NCBI GenBank assembly: GCA_039714095.1
Contig: JBDLJZ010000001.1
Coordinates: 1-55,093, forward strand
DNA: 55,093 nucleotides
DNA from: Nanobdellota archaeon
GTDB taxonomy: Archaea; Nanobdellota; Nanobdellia; Pacearchaeales; GW2011-AR1
Direction: 5' to 3'
Part shown: piece after piece, positions 1 to 9,567 of the stretch
Layout of the letters: each line of letters starts with the position of its first letter
Numbering within the stretch: the first letter of the stretch is position 1
The notes under the pieces: model-generated
Database searches by the model: none
What the model saw: only the letters and a program-made list of their open reading frames with translations
Told to the model about the DNA's origin: nothing
Made by a program: the position numbers and the translations under genes

Positions 1-115
1 CTTTTATTTTATTTTCAATCCAATCTTCAATTTCAGAAAAATTTAATTTTTCAATAACAACTTCATTAACCTTTTTTGTATTAGTTATTTTTTTAAGAAA
101 ATTAAATATTCTCAT
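1..115 (-). CDS. hypothetical protein, 5' part only (runs off the left window edge)
   Basis: ATG at 115..113 opens a stop-free frame of 38 codons (MRIFNFLKKITNTKKVNEV...) to the window edge. An AT-rich TATA-like box (ttatataa, minus strand) lies about 25-30 nt upstream. No recognisable motif. Confidence 0.25.
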   Translation of the reverse strand, partial: MRIFNFLKKITNTKKVNEVVIEKLNFSEIEDWIENKIK

Positions 116-189
116 GCACTCTTTTTAGAGAATTTATTATATAAGATTTACGCCACAGCCTAATTATATAGGTAATGAAACATTAGAGG

Positions 190-239
190 ATTTTGGGTGA
201 CCACAAATTTACTTTTTCTTCTTTTTTGTGGACACCTCT
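190..239. repeat. left arm of composite inverted repeat bracketing the fic gene
   Basis: Box1 attttgggtgaccacaaa (190-207) and box2 gtggacacctct (228-239) are 20 nt apart. Both recur in inverted orientation with the same 20-nt spacing at 1146-1197. Confidence 0.75.
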
Positions 240-1138
240 TTAAGTGTCTTTTTATACTGATTAATTAATAATTTGAGAGTTGGTTTTAAATCATCTTGTT
301 TAGAATATTTTTGCAGTGATTTATAATATTCTTGTCTATCCTCAAGCATAATATTTATTGGGGGATAATTATTTTGTAATAAAATATAATTTAATAATAA
401 TCTTCCAACCCTTCCATTTCCATCTTGAAACGGATGAATATGCTCAAATTGATTATGAAGTATTGAAGCTAAAACCAATGGTTTAAATTTATCTTTATTT
501 TCTTTATGCCAGTCAATAAAATCATTTAGATAATTTTTGAGTTCTTCTTTAGGAACTCCTGCGTGAAGAATATGTCCTGTAGAATTTCTCACAACTACAT
601 TAACATTTCTAAATTTTCCTGCAAAAGATTTTGAACCTTTAAAACAAAAATTATGTAATTTTAATAATAATTTTAATGACAAATCTTCTTTTGTATTTCT
701 TATATGTTCTATTGCTTCTGCCACCCCCAAAGTTTCTATTTTTTCAGGGTCTTTGGTCTTGGGCTTTTCATCTAAAATTTCTTTAACTTCTTCTTCAGTA
801 ACTGTTGAGCCCTCAATGGCATTTGTATTATATACAAAATCCTCTGTAAAATTTTCCCATTCTTTTTTACTCAAATGGACAACTTTAATCTTATCATTAT
901 AACCATTTAGTACCTCTACCTGTTTTTTTGTTAACGTAAAAGAAAACACTTTCGTACTAATTTCTTCAATTAAATCTAAAATTATTTCTTCGGCTTTTTT
1001 TCTTTTCCTTTTCAATTCTTCTTCTGAAAGATTAAATCCTAAATATCTTCTTATTTTTTCAACTTTATTGTTTTCTCTATAAGAATGAACCAAATAATAT
1101 TTTATGTTTTTTCTTGATTTTCTTTTTTCAATGTGCAT
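209..1138 (-). CDS. fic: Fic/DOC family protein (AMPylase-type Fido domain)
   Basis: HIHPFQDGNGRVGRLL matches the Fic core motif HxFx(D/E)GNGRxxR. 309-aa ORF. Confidence 0.9.
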   Translation of the reverse strand: MHIEKRKSRKNIKYYLVHSYRENNKVEKIRRYLGFNLSEEELKRKRKKAEEIILDLIEEISTKVFSFTLTKKQVEVLNGYNDKIKVVHLSKKEWENFTEDFVYNTNAIEGSTVTEEEVKEILDEKPKTKDPEKIETLGVAEAIEHIRNTKEDLSLKLLLKLHNFCFKGSKSFAGKFRNVNVVVRNSTGHILHAGVPKEELKNYLNDFIDWHKENKDKFKPLVLASILHNQFEHIHPFQDGNGRVGRLLLNYILLQNNYPPINIMLEDRQEYYKSLQKYSKQDDLKPTLKLLINQYKKTLKEVSTKKKKK

Positions 1139-1145
1139 ACTATAT

Positions 1146-1197
1146 AGAGGTGTCCACGTTTTAAATATTTTTAGTTTTTTGTGGTCACCTCCAAAAT
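1146..1197. repeat. right arm of composite inverted repeat bracketing the fic gene (overlaps the likely fic promoter)
   Basis: agaggtgtccac (1146-1157) is the reverse complement of box2. tttgtggtcacctccaaaat (1178-1197) is the reverse complement of box1 with 1 extra nt. The AT-rich TATA-like spacer ttaaatattttta lies between the boxes. Confidence 0.75.
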
Positions 1198-1387
1198 GAA
1201 CTCTCTAAAATGCATATTTTGTGTTGACGCCCCAACCGTACGATTAGAATAAGTTTAACGCTCTTTATTTAATATTTAATTAATCTAAGATGTTAAAGTT
1301 TTTATACTTTTTGATTATTTTTGTAATCTTCTACATAGGGTCTTACACTTAAATTAAATATATAAGTTCAAGTTTATTAAAAAATTA

Positions 1388-4087
1388 ATGAGATCAGTAG
1401 ATGAACAAATTCATATTTTGGATGAAGCAATATGTAAGCATATCGAAAATTATGAAATGAATAAAGACAGGGGTTTTTTATCTCAAAGTATTTTAAAAAT
1501 CCTTAGAGATTTTATTGAAGCAGTCTCCGTAAAATCAAGTGGTCAAAGTGAATATCATTATGATTTATTTAAAAATGTAGCAAAAGGTTATGTTGCATCA
1601 AGAGCTGAACTAAAATTTTTAAATGATTTTCATAAATATCTTCAAAAAACAGTTTCACATTATCTTCCAAGTGAAGAAAATTCAGAAAGATTAATGTTAA
1701 AATATTATGATTATTTATTAAGAATTAAATATTTGTTAAAAGATAGATACAACATTAGTGTTTTAGAAAACATAAATAAATTTCCAATATTTAACGATCC
1801 TTCATTGCAAAAATATTATGAAAAAATAGTTATAGAAATTAATAAGCCTGTGGAAACCAGAAGAAGAAGTGATTATATGGATAGATATTATGTTAGGAAG
1901 ATAAAACCTTTTTTTATTAATCAAGAAAAATATTATGAAGTAACTTTTACAACCGCCAATGATTATGAAAGTAAATTTGACAGGGTGATTGCTTTTACAA
2001 AATGGGAAATTTCTCCAAATTATTCTGTAAGGCTTTCTATAAGTCATGGAAATATAGAAGTTTTTAATAAGAAAATGCCAATTCAAATCATTGATAACTG
2101 GGAAGTATCAATTCGCCCTTGCGAGTTAAATTATTTTGTAGATATATTTGGAGATCATCCAGAGATAAGTATTGGCTCAAGGGAATATAAAAATTTAATG
2201 ATACTTTTAACAGGAAGTGGTTTTAATCTTGCCGAAGTTATTGAATTTTCTGACAAGTACTATCAGCTTTTTAGAAATGAAGCAATTAGGAATGCACAAG
2301 TAACTCATATATTTGATGTCTTAGATAGAGTACGTGAATTAGTAAAGAATAATTCTCCTAGTAGTAATGTCCTTAAGTATTTGCTTTATAGTCTTAAAAA
2401 TAAAATTATTAAAGACCAAATTAATAGCAAACATTGTTTTCTTTTATCTGACTTAAGGCTTAAATGGGGATGCATACCTTTTGACAAGATGCCTTTTGTT
2501 ACATCTCCTGTAGGTCATAATCCTAAAATTCATGATCTGTTGAATTGTTTTGATATAGAAAACCATCAACATGAGTTATTTGCAAGACTCATAAAAAACA
2601 ATACCGGACAAAAAGGAATTTTATATACACCTCTTAAAGATTTAGAATTTGAAAACCCAAACCAATTAATTAATTCTTACAATAGCAAACTTTATCACAA
2701 GCATAGACCTGCACGTGATTTAGAAATTTATAAAGAGCATGTTTATATGAATAATTATGAACAAGATACACTTAAAATTATTAAAAAGTTAAAAGAATTA
2801 TCAAATTTAGGTATTAAAAATTATTCAAATTCTGTTAGTGTATGGTTAAACTCAAGCTCTGAAAATGTTGATTGTAGTTACAAAAGAGAGATTCTAAAAA
2901 AAATGTTTGAGCATTCGGGAATCGCATTGGTGTATGGTGCTGCTGGAACTGGGAAAACTAGATTAATTGAACATGTTTCAAGTTTTTTTAATGAACATAA
3001 TAAATTATTCTTAGCAAATACTCATCCAGCAATTAATAATTTACGAAACAGAGTAAGTACAAGAAATTCCTCATTTAAAACAATTGCTAGTTTCTTGCAT
3101 CCGCAAAATATGGATACGGAATTTGATGTTTTAATCATAGATGAATGTAGTACAATAAGTAATTCGGATATGTTAAGAATATTAGAAAAATCCTCCTTTA
3201 AACTATTACTTTTGGTGGGGGATGTTTTTCAAATAGAATCTATTCTCTTTGGAAATTGGTTTAATATAGCACAATCTTTCATTCCAAATAATTCTGTTTT
3301 TGAATTAACTAAGCCCTATAGAACCACAAATGAAAATCTATTAAAATTGTGGGATAAAGTAAGGAATGTTGAAGATGATATTTTGGAACATATCACTAAT
3401 AACAAATATTCTGCAGAATTAGACGAATCAATTTTTGAATATTCAGAAGATGATGAAATTATTTTATGTTTAAATTATGATGGATTATATGGAATCAATA
3501 ATATCAATAATTTTTTACAAGAAAATAATAAAAATAATAAAATACAGTGGGGTATTCATAGCTACAAAGTTGGTGACCCTATATTGTTCAATGAATCAGG
3601 GAGGTTTAGACAATTAATTCATAATAACTTAAAAGGAAAAATCTTGGGCATAGAATTATTAAAAGATAAGATTAAATTTGATATTGAAATTAATAAATCT
3701 ATAAATGAATTAGATGTGTTAGGGCATGATTTAGAGTTATTAGGCGAATCAAAGAATGGGAACTCTATCATTAGTTTTTATGTTCATAAGTTATCGAGTT
3801 CTGATGAAGATGATGAATCCTTAAATAAAATAGTTCCTTTCCAAGTGGCTTATGCTATCTCGATACATAAAGCTCAAGGTTTAGAATATAATTCAGTTAA
3901 AGTTATAATTACAGATGAAATTGGGGAAATGATTACTCCGAATATATTTTATACCTCAATTACTCGTTCAAAAGAAAAATTAAAGATTTATTGGACTCCT
4001 CAAACTGAAAAAAAGATATTAGCAAATTTACAACATAAAGATAACAAGAGAGATACGCATTTACTAAAAGCAAAATTTAAGATATAG
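1388..4087 (+). CDS. SF1 (RecD/Dda/Pif1-like) helicase with a large uncharacterised N-terminal region
   Basis: Walker A VYGAAGTGKT, Walker B VLIIDECS, LVGDVFQIES, and C-terminal YAISIHKAQGLEYNSVKVII plus FYTSITRSK, typical of AAA_30/UvrD_C_2 helicases. The first ~510 aa have no motif I recognise. Confidence 0.8.
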   Translation: MRSVDEQIHILDEAICKHIENYEMNKDRGFLSQSILKILRDFIEAVSVKSSGQSEYHYDLFKNVAKGYVASRAELKFLNDFHKYLQKTVSHYLPSEENSERLMLKYYDYLLRIKYLLKDRYNISVLENINKFPIFNDPSLQKYYEKIVIEINKPVETRRRSDYMDRYYVRKIKPFFINQEKYYEVTFTTANDYESKFDRVIAFTKWEISPNYSVRLSISHGNIEVFNKKMPIQIIDNWEVSIRPCELNYFVDIFGDHPEISIGSREYKNLMILLTGSGFNLAEVIEFSDKYYQLFRNEAIRNAQVTHIFDVLDRVRELVKNNSPSSNVLKYLLYSLKNKIIKDQINSKHCFLLSDLRLKWGCIPFDKMPFVTSPVGHNPKIHDLLNCFDIENHQHELFARLIKNNTGQKGILYTPLKDLEFENPNQLINSYNSKLYHKHRPARDLEIYKEHVYMNNYEQDTLKIIKKLKELSNLGIKNYSNSVSVWLNSSSENVDCSYKREILKKMFEHSGIALVYGAAGTGKTRLIEHVSSFFNEHNKLFLANTHPAINNLRNRVSTRNSSFKTIASFLHPQNMDTEFDVLIIDECSTISNSDMLRILEKSSFKLLLLVGDVFQIESILFGNWFNIAQSFIPNNSVFELTKPYRTTNENLLKLWDKVRNVEDDILEHITNNKYSAELDESIFEYSEDDEIILCLNYDGLYGINNINNFLQENNKNNKIQWGIHSYKVGDPILFNESGRFRQLIHNNLKGKILGIELLKDKIKFDIEINKSINELDVLGHDLELLGESKNGNSIISFYVHKLSSSDEDDESLNKIVPFQVAYAISIHKAQGLEYNSVKVIITDEIGEMITPNIFYTSITRSKEKLKIYWTPQTEKKILANLQHKDNKRDTHLLKAKFKI

Positions 4088-4164
4088 ATTCCAAACTGAT
4101 TTTTAATAAATAATTTCTAAGAATTAACAATAACTCATAAAAACACCTTATTCTATCCAGTTTT

Positions 4165-5706
4165 ATGTTAACAAAATCAAATTATCTCTTAGGATTGCAA
4201 TGCCCTAAATTATTATGGGTTTCTAAAAATAACAAAGAAAGAATTCCGGAATATGATGAGATGACTTTGGCGACTTTCAAGAATGGAGAAATAATTGGAG
4301 ATTTTGCAAAGAAACTATTTCCAGAAGGAATTGATTTATCTAAAGAAGGGTTTAAAGAAAACTTAGAAAAAACAAAAGAGTTATTAGAAAAAAGAGTTCC
4401 GTTATTTGAAGCAGGATTTTCAATTGATAATCTATATTCGAGAGCAGATGTTCTTTTGCCAGTTGAAAAAAACAAATGGGATATTTTAGAAGTTAAATCT
4501 GCGACAAAAGTAAAAGAGGTTAATATTCACGATGTTAGTTTTCAGAAATATGTTTATGAAAAAGCAGGATTGAAAATTAGGAATTGTTTTGTTATTCATA
4601 TAGATAATCAATATGCTAAAGAAGGAGAAATTGAGCCAGAGAAATTTTTTACCCAAAATGATATTACAGAAAAAGTTGAAGAGTTTGGTTTAGATATTGA
4701 AAAGAGAATTGAGAATATGTTAAAAATTATTAATTCAAAAGAAGAGCCGAAGTGTTCTATTGGAGTTCATTGTTCAGACCCGTTTGATTGTTCTATAACT
4801 GGAGAGTGCTGGAGTCACATTAAAGAGGGAAGTGTTTTTGAATTTTATAGAATGAGAAAAAAGAAAATATTTGAATTGTATGATTCTGGAATCAAACATT
4901 TGAATGAAGTTCCTGATTCAGTTAAATTAAACGATAAACAAAAAATACAGAGATTAATTGCAGAAAAAAAAGAAACGCATAAAGACAAAAAACAAATTAA
5001 ACATTTTTTAGACAATTTGAAATATCCACTTTATTATTTAGACTTTGAAACAATCAATCCAGCAATTCCAAAGTTTGAAGGAATGAAGCCTTACCAAAGA
5101 ATTCCTTTTCAATTTTCATTACATATTCAAGAAAAACCAAATGGAGAATTAAAGCACATTGGTTTTTTGGCAGAGGGAATAAACGACCCAAGACAAAAAT
5201 TCTTACAATCATTAAAAGATAACTTAGGAAAAGAAGGAGATATTTTAGTTTATAATCAAGCATTTGAAAAAGGAGTTTTGAGGGAATGCTGTAGGTCATT
5301 TCCAGAATTTCAAGAATGGTGTGAAAAAAATATTATGTCTAGAGTAAAAGATTTGTGGGATGTCTTTAAGGGATTTTGGTATTATGATTCTAAGCAAAAA
5401 GGTAGTGCTTCAATTAAAGCAATACTTCCATTATTTTCTGATTTGAGCCATAAAGATTTGGATATCACAAAAGGAGATATTGCAAGTTATGAATATGCAA
5501 GAGTTACTTATGGTTCTGATGATGAAATCTTGAAAGATGATGATTTGAAAGGTTTGAGTGAAGAAAATATTAAAAAATGGGTTGAGGATGAAAGAAAAAA
5601 AGTTCGAGATGCTTTGGAGAAATATTGCGAGTTGGATACTTTGGCAGAGGTTGAGATTGTTAAGGGTTTGGGGGAAAATATAAAAATGGAAGAAATTAGG
5701 AGATAA
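4165..5706 (+). CDS. DUF2779-type protein: N-terminal Cas4-like PD-(D/E)xK nuclease with a Cys cluster plus C-terminal DUF2779 (DxE exonuclease-like) region
   Basis: N-terminus SNYLLGLQCPKLLWV. Nuclease-like ADVLL...WDILEVKSATK. Four-Cys cluster CSIGVHCSDPFDCSITGECW. YYLDFETINPAIP follows. Confidence 0.7.
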   Translation: MLTKSNYLLGLQCPKLLWVSKNNKERIPEYDEMTLATFKNGEIIGDFAKKLFPEGIDLSKEGFKENLEKTKELLEKRVPLFEAGFSIDNLYSRADVLLPVEKNKWDILEVKSATKVKEVNIHDVSFQKYVYEKAGLKIRNCFVIHIDNQYAKEGEIEPEKFFTQNDITEKVEEFGLDIEKRIENMLKIINSKEEPKCSIGVHCSDPFDCSITGECWSHIKEGSVFEFYRMRKKKIFELYDSGIKHLNEVPDSVKLNDKQKIQRLIAEKKETHKDKKQIKHFLDNLKYPLYYLDFETINPAIPKFEGMKPYQRIPFQFSLHIQEKPNGELKHIGFLAEGINDPRQKFLQSLKDNLGKEGDILVYNQAFEKGVLRECCRSFPEFQEWCEKNIMSRVKDLWDVFKGFWYYDSKQKGSASIKAILPLFSDLSHKDLDITKGDIASYEYARVTYGSDDEILKDDDLKGLSEENIKKWVEDERKKVRDALEKYCELDTLAEVEIVKGLGENIKMEEIRR

Positions 5707-5707
5707 T

Positions 5708-6610
5708 ATGGCAGTTCCAGATTTTCAATCAATAATGCTCCCTTTATTGAAGTATCTACAAGATGAAAAAGAACATACATTAAGAGAAGTAATTGAACAT
5801 ATTTCTAAAGAATTTAATTTGACAGATGAAGAAAAAATGATATTATTACCTTCAGGGAAACAACCAACTATTGATAATCGTGTAGGTTGGGCAAGAACAT
5901 ATATGAAAAAAGCAGGGTTTATTCTTATGCCCAGTAGAGGATATATGAAAATTTCAAAAAAAGGTTTAGAAGTATTACAACAAAATCTTCCAAAAATTAA
6001 TATTGCATATTTAAAAAAATCTCCAGAATTTGTAGAATTTCAAACAATGAAGTCCGAGAAAGTAAAAGATTCTGCTAAAATTTCAGAAGATAATGAAGAT
6101 GAGACTCCCGATGAATTAATGGAAAGAGGAAACAAATTAATTAATTCTAATCTTATTCCAGATGTTCTTTCCGAATTAAGATCTTGTGATCCTTATTATT
6201 TTGAAAAGATTGTTGGGAATCTTTTAGAAACAATGGGATATGGAGATTTTGAAGTGACTAAAAAATCAAACGATGGAGGAATTGATGGCATTGTAAATCA
6301 AGATAAATTAGGCATAGATAAAATATTTTTTCAGGCAAAAAGATATGCGGAAAATAATTCTGTAACTGCTCATGAAGTTAGAGATTTTGTTGGAACTCTT
6401 GAATTAAGTGGTGTTAATAAGGGAATTTTCATTACTACTTCAAAATTCCCTTCCAACACTCAGGAATTGATACGTGGAGCACAAAAAAACATTATTTTAA
6501 TTAATGGGCAAAAACTTGCAGAATTAATGATTGAATATAATTTGGGAGTTTCTATTGAAAGAGTTTATAAAATTAAAAAGATAGATTCAGATTTTTTTAG
6601 AGAAGATTAA
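5708..6610 (+). CDS. mrr: Mrr-family type IV restriction endonuclease
   Basis: N-terminal Mrr_N-like winged helix (VPDFQSIMLPLLKYLQD). C-terminal catalytic core DGGIDGIV...IFFQAKRY. The start codon is 1 nt after the stop of the upstream gene. Confidence 0.85.
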   Translation: MAVPDFQSIMLPLLKYLQDEKEHTLREVIEHISKEFNLTDEEKMILLPSGKQPTIDNRVGWARTYMKKAGFILMPSRGYMKISKKGLEVLQQNLPKINIAYLKKSPEFVEFQTMKSEKVKDSAKISEDNEDETPDELMERGNKLINSNLIPDVLSELRSCDPYYFEKIVGNLLETMGYGDFEVTKKSNDGGIDGIVNQDKLGIDKIFFQAKRYAENNSVTAHEVRDFVGTLELSGVNKGIFITTSKFPSNTQELIRGAQKNIILINGQKLAELMIEYNLGVSIERVYKIKKIDSDFFRED

Positions 6611-6728
6611 AAATGAAAGTAATAATGCATAAATCTTTGGAGAAGTATTGAGATGGCTACGAAGGCAGAGGTTGAAATAGTAGATGGATTATATGAAATT
6701 ATAAAAACTTAATTTAATTAAAAATAGG

Positions 6729-7286
6729 ATGGTAGCATATAAAAATTTCTGGTCATTGAATACAGATGAAGCAGTTGTAACAGGAATTTTAAGAGAAAAG
6801 ACCCCTAAAGATATTGATGTTCTTATGCCAATTAATGCACAAATGAAAGACGTTGATTTAGTTTTAATGGATTTTACTAATAAAAAAAGCATCACAATTC
6901 AAGTCAAAGGAAGCAAGGCATACGAGCCAAAGAAAAAAGAAGTTGAGAAATATGGAGAAGGATCTAATGGTTGGTTTTTTCTAAAAAAAGATATTATACA
7001 TAGGTCAGAAGCAGATTACTTTATTTTTTTAGTTTATGTCATATCTGAAAACGAAAAAATTGGAAGAAGATTTATTGAACCCCATACAATAACAATCCCA
7101 ACAAAAAAATTACAAGAATTATGTTCAAAACACAAAAAACCTCATCCAGATAGATATAGTTTTTATTTCTGGGTAAACCCAAAAAAGAAAATTGCTTTTG
7201 ATTGGAGAGATGAGCAGTTTGATGTAACAGAGTATTTAGATAAGAATGGTTTTGAAAAATTGAATAAAGAATTTGAAAAAGAATAG
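6729..7286 (+). CDS. hypothetical protein with a possible PD-(D/E)xK-like nuclease fold
   Basis: ILRE...DVDLVLMD...ITIQVKGSK resembles an E/D...D...(E/Q)xK arrangement. Co-directional with the helicase/DUF2779/Mrr genes. Fold assignment is inference only. Confidence 0.35.
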   Translation: MVAYKNFWSLNTDEAVVTGILREKTPKDIDVLMPINAQMKDVDLVLMDFTNKKSITIQVKGSKAYEPKKKEVEKYGEGSNGWFFLKKDIIHRSEADYFIFLVYVISENEKIGRRFIEPHTITIPTKKLQELCSKHKKPHPDRYSFYFWVNPKKKIAFDWRDEQFDVTEYLDKNGFEKLNKEFEKE

Positions 7287-7302
7287 AAAATAATTCATAA
7301 AT

Positions 7303-8427
7303 CTATTTTCCGTTTTCTTCTATAAATTCTTCATAAGTTCCTGAAGGTCTGAAATCTATTGAATAAGTTTTTGAGTCCAATCTTTCTAAAACTACCGAGT
7401 CAAATCCTATCTCTTGCAATTTTTCATAAGTTAATAATTCTTTTTCTTTTAGACCTAATACATTTCTCAATAACCATTTTCCAAGGTCTGCATTGTGTTT
7501 ACTCATTAACGCTTTTGAGCCATCTTGACACACTTTTGCGGATAATATTTGTCCATCGGGCAATATAAGATTAAATGGCTTATCTCTTCCGAGAAAAAAT
7601 CCAGGAAATCTTTTATGAATCCACGTTGGAATTGGGACATAGATTTCATCAGGATTTCTTTTTCTTCCTCCTGCATTCCATTGATTAAGTCCACTTTTTG
7701 GATATACAATTTTGCCTTTTGAAGTAATGGAATAAAGGGGCAATACAACATGAACTTTCAATTTTGCCTCAGTGTAATATGTTTTCTTTATATCTAAAAA
7801 TTTCTCCTCTATGACTTCAAAAGGATCATCAAGAATTTTTACAGGAACTTTAAGAAGAGTGTTTTTTGTATGAAATCTTTTGTATAATGTGCTTTTGGTT
7901 AAATTAAAAGAATATTCATTTTTAGAGTCTTTAAAAGAAATAGTATTATTGCTTGATTTAAGATGTGTTATTTTATCAATATCAATTAAATCCATAGGGC
8001 ATTCAAAAGTTGAAATTTTACCTTCATCTCTAACAATGCAATGGTATATCATTTCATTTAATCCATAAATTCTCTTTGTTGCTTCTATCCTTTTATTTCT
8101 TAACTCTGCAACTTTTTTAATTGCATCTTCTTTGGAGAGATTTCTAAATTGTAAATTATCTCTATTGAATTCTGCCACCTTTTGCAATGTTTTCCCATTT
8201 CCATTAACAAAAGTTTTTATTCCAACCCCAACAGTTCCAAGTGATGCGTCCGCAGAAACATCTGAACGAGAAAGATTCTTTGCAGAGAAAGATTTACAAA
8301 AAAGATTTTCCGTAACTCTGTAATTTAAAAAAGGTATTGTGCTTTCAGAAAAAAGCCCAGTCAAAGACCCGAGAATTTTTAACATCTTTTCATAATAAAG
8401 ATGTTTTGAAGACTTTTTATTCACCAT
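7303..8427 (-). CDS. putative type II restriction endonuclease (partner of the adjacent m5C methyltransferase)
   Basis: 374-aa ORF starting 1 nt downstream of the stop of the co-oriented cytosine-5 methyltransferase. The call rests on gene context. I recognise no catalytic motif. Confidence 0.55.
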   Translation of the reverse strand: MVNKKSSKHLYYEKMLKILGSLTGLFSESTIPFLNYRVTENLFCKSFSAKNLSRSDVSADASLGTVGVGIKTFVNGNGKTLQKVAEFNRDNLQFRNLSKEDAIKKVAELRNKRIEATKRIYGLNEMIYHCIVRDEGKISTFECPMDLIDIDKITHLKSSNNTISFKDSKNEYSFNLTKSTLYKRFHTKNTLLKVPVKILDDPFEVIEEKFLDIKKTYYTEAKLKVHVVLPLYSITSKGKIVYPKSGLNQWNAGGRKRNPDEIYVPIPTWIHKRFPGFFLGRDKPFNLILPDGQILSAKVCQDGSKALMSKHNADLGKWLLRNVLGLKEKELLTYEKLQEIGFDSVVLERLDSKTYSIDFRPSGTYEEFIEENGK

Positions 8428-8428
8428 C

Positions 8429-9373
8429 TTACAGAACCTTTACAATCTCTTTTGCAACTCTTTGAATAACTGTAACATTAACACTATTTCCTGCCTGATG
8501 ATATAATTTTGCATCTGCTATTTTTGGAAGTTTCCAACTTTTAGGAAAGCCTTGTAGTCTAAAACATTCAAAAGGTGTTAATTTTCTTATTCCTTTGTGA
8601 TCTAAAATAATTGGGACATTGTGTCCTCCTGAACCCATATTTGCAGTTAGAGTAGGACAAACTTTACTCTTATTTTCTCGCACATATTTTCTCCGCCATT
8701 GATAAACTGTATCTTTGGAGGTGATTTCTTTTTTTAATTCAGGATAGATAAATTTACCTTTATAATAGTATTTTTCGTCTACATTTTTCTCTAAAAAATC
8801 TTTAAAGCTCTTATTGAGTTTTGTAGTCTTGGGGAACTTAAATTTCTTGGCTTTCTTATGATCTAAAAATCCTACAATGATAATTCTTTCTCTATTTTGT
8901 GGAAGATTTCCATGAGTCATTCCATTTAACACTTCAGATTTGACCATATAACCCAAATCTTCCAATGTTTTTTTAATCACCTTAAAGGTTTTTCCGTGAT
9001 CGTGAGTCTTTATATTTTTTACATTTTCCAAGAATACAATTTTTGGTTTTTTCTCTTCTATTATTTCAGCTATCCTAAAAAATAAATTTCCTCTTCCTTT
9101 TTTGTCTTTAAATCCTTGCCTCTGTCCTGCAATAGAAAAAGGTTGACAAGGAAACCCTGCCAATAAAATCTCAAAATTTGGAATATCTTTTATTGGATAC
9201 TTGCAAATATCCGCAATTGTTAATTTAACTCCTTTGTGATTTAAATCAAAAGTATCTTTACAGGATTTTTCAAAATCATTAGAGAAAACTGTTTTAAATC
9301 CTGCTTTTTCAAAACCCAACCTAATGCCCCCAACACCTGCAAATAAATCTATTGCCCTCTTTTTAATCACCAT
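8429..9373 (-). CDS. DNA (cytosine-5)-methyltransferase
   Basis: Motif I DLFAGVGGIRLGF, motif IV GFPCQPFS, motif VI ENVKN, LTPFECFRLQGFP, motif X QAGNSV. Confidence 0.95.
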   Translation of the reverse strand: MVIKKRAIDLFAGVGGIRLGFEKAGFKTVFSNDFEKSCKDTFDLNHKGVKLTIADICKYPIKDIPNFEILLAGFPCQPFSIAGQRQGFKDKKGRGNLFFRIAEIIEEKKPKIVFLENVKNIKTHDHGKTFKVIKKTLEDLGYMVKSEVLNGMTHGNLPQNRERIIIVGFLDHKKAKKFKFPKTTKLNKSFKDFLEKNVDEKYYYKGKFIYPELKKEITSKDTVYQWRRKYVRENKSKVCPTLTANMGSGGHNVPIILDHKGIRKLTPFECFRLQGFPKSWKLPKIADAKLYHQAGNSVNVTVIQRVAKEIVKVL

Positions 9374-9567
9374 ATTACATAAAAATCAGCATTGTTTTTA
9401 TATGTTGCCCATGCTCTTTTTTTAGCTTCAAAAATTCTTAAAATAGTTTTTCTTTTTAACTTTCTTTTCTAGTTTTCTTTCTATCTCTTTCAAGTCATTC
9501 ATTATCTTATCAAATTTATCTTCAACTTCCATTTTTTATTCTCATTAAGATATTTTTATACGAAAAA

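Noticed and set aside
1802-2086. Antisense or shadow ORFs inside longer genes. Examples: 1802-2086, 4182-4475, 5054-5299, 5508-5780, 6689-6895, 7359-7568, 7506-7751, 7880-8068, 8132-8323, 13574-13810, 13866-14102, 15111-15326, 18111-18431, 18566-18778, 20335-20718, 21246-21434, 21255-21530, 21610-21819, 22483-22707, 22855-23085, 24147-24344, 24615-24812, 29093-29281, 30128-30391, 31481-31663, 33207-33416, 34992-35186, 35313-35501, 35357-35626, 38049-38372
   Set aside because: Each lies entirely within, or mostly overlaps, a longer ORF that has clear family motifs or coherent membrane/secreted features. Their translations are Phe/Ile/Leu/Ser/Lys-rich low complexity, as expected from off-frame or antisense reading of AT-rich coding DNA.
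9420-9532. 34-aa minus-strand ORF (MEVEDKFDKIMNDLKEIERKLEKKVKKKNYFKNF) upstream of the methyltransferase
   Set aside because: It is very short, Lys/Glu-rich and low complexity, with no motif. It cannot be distinguished from chance in AT-rich DNA.
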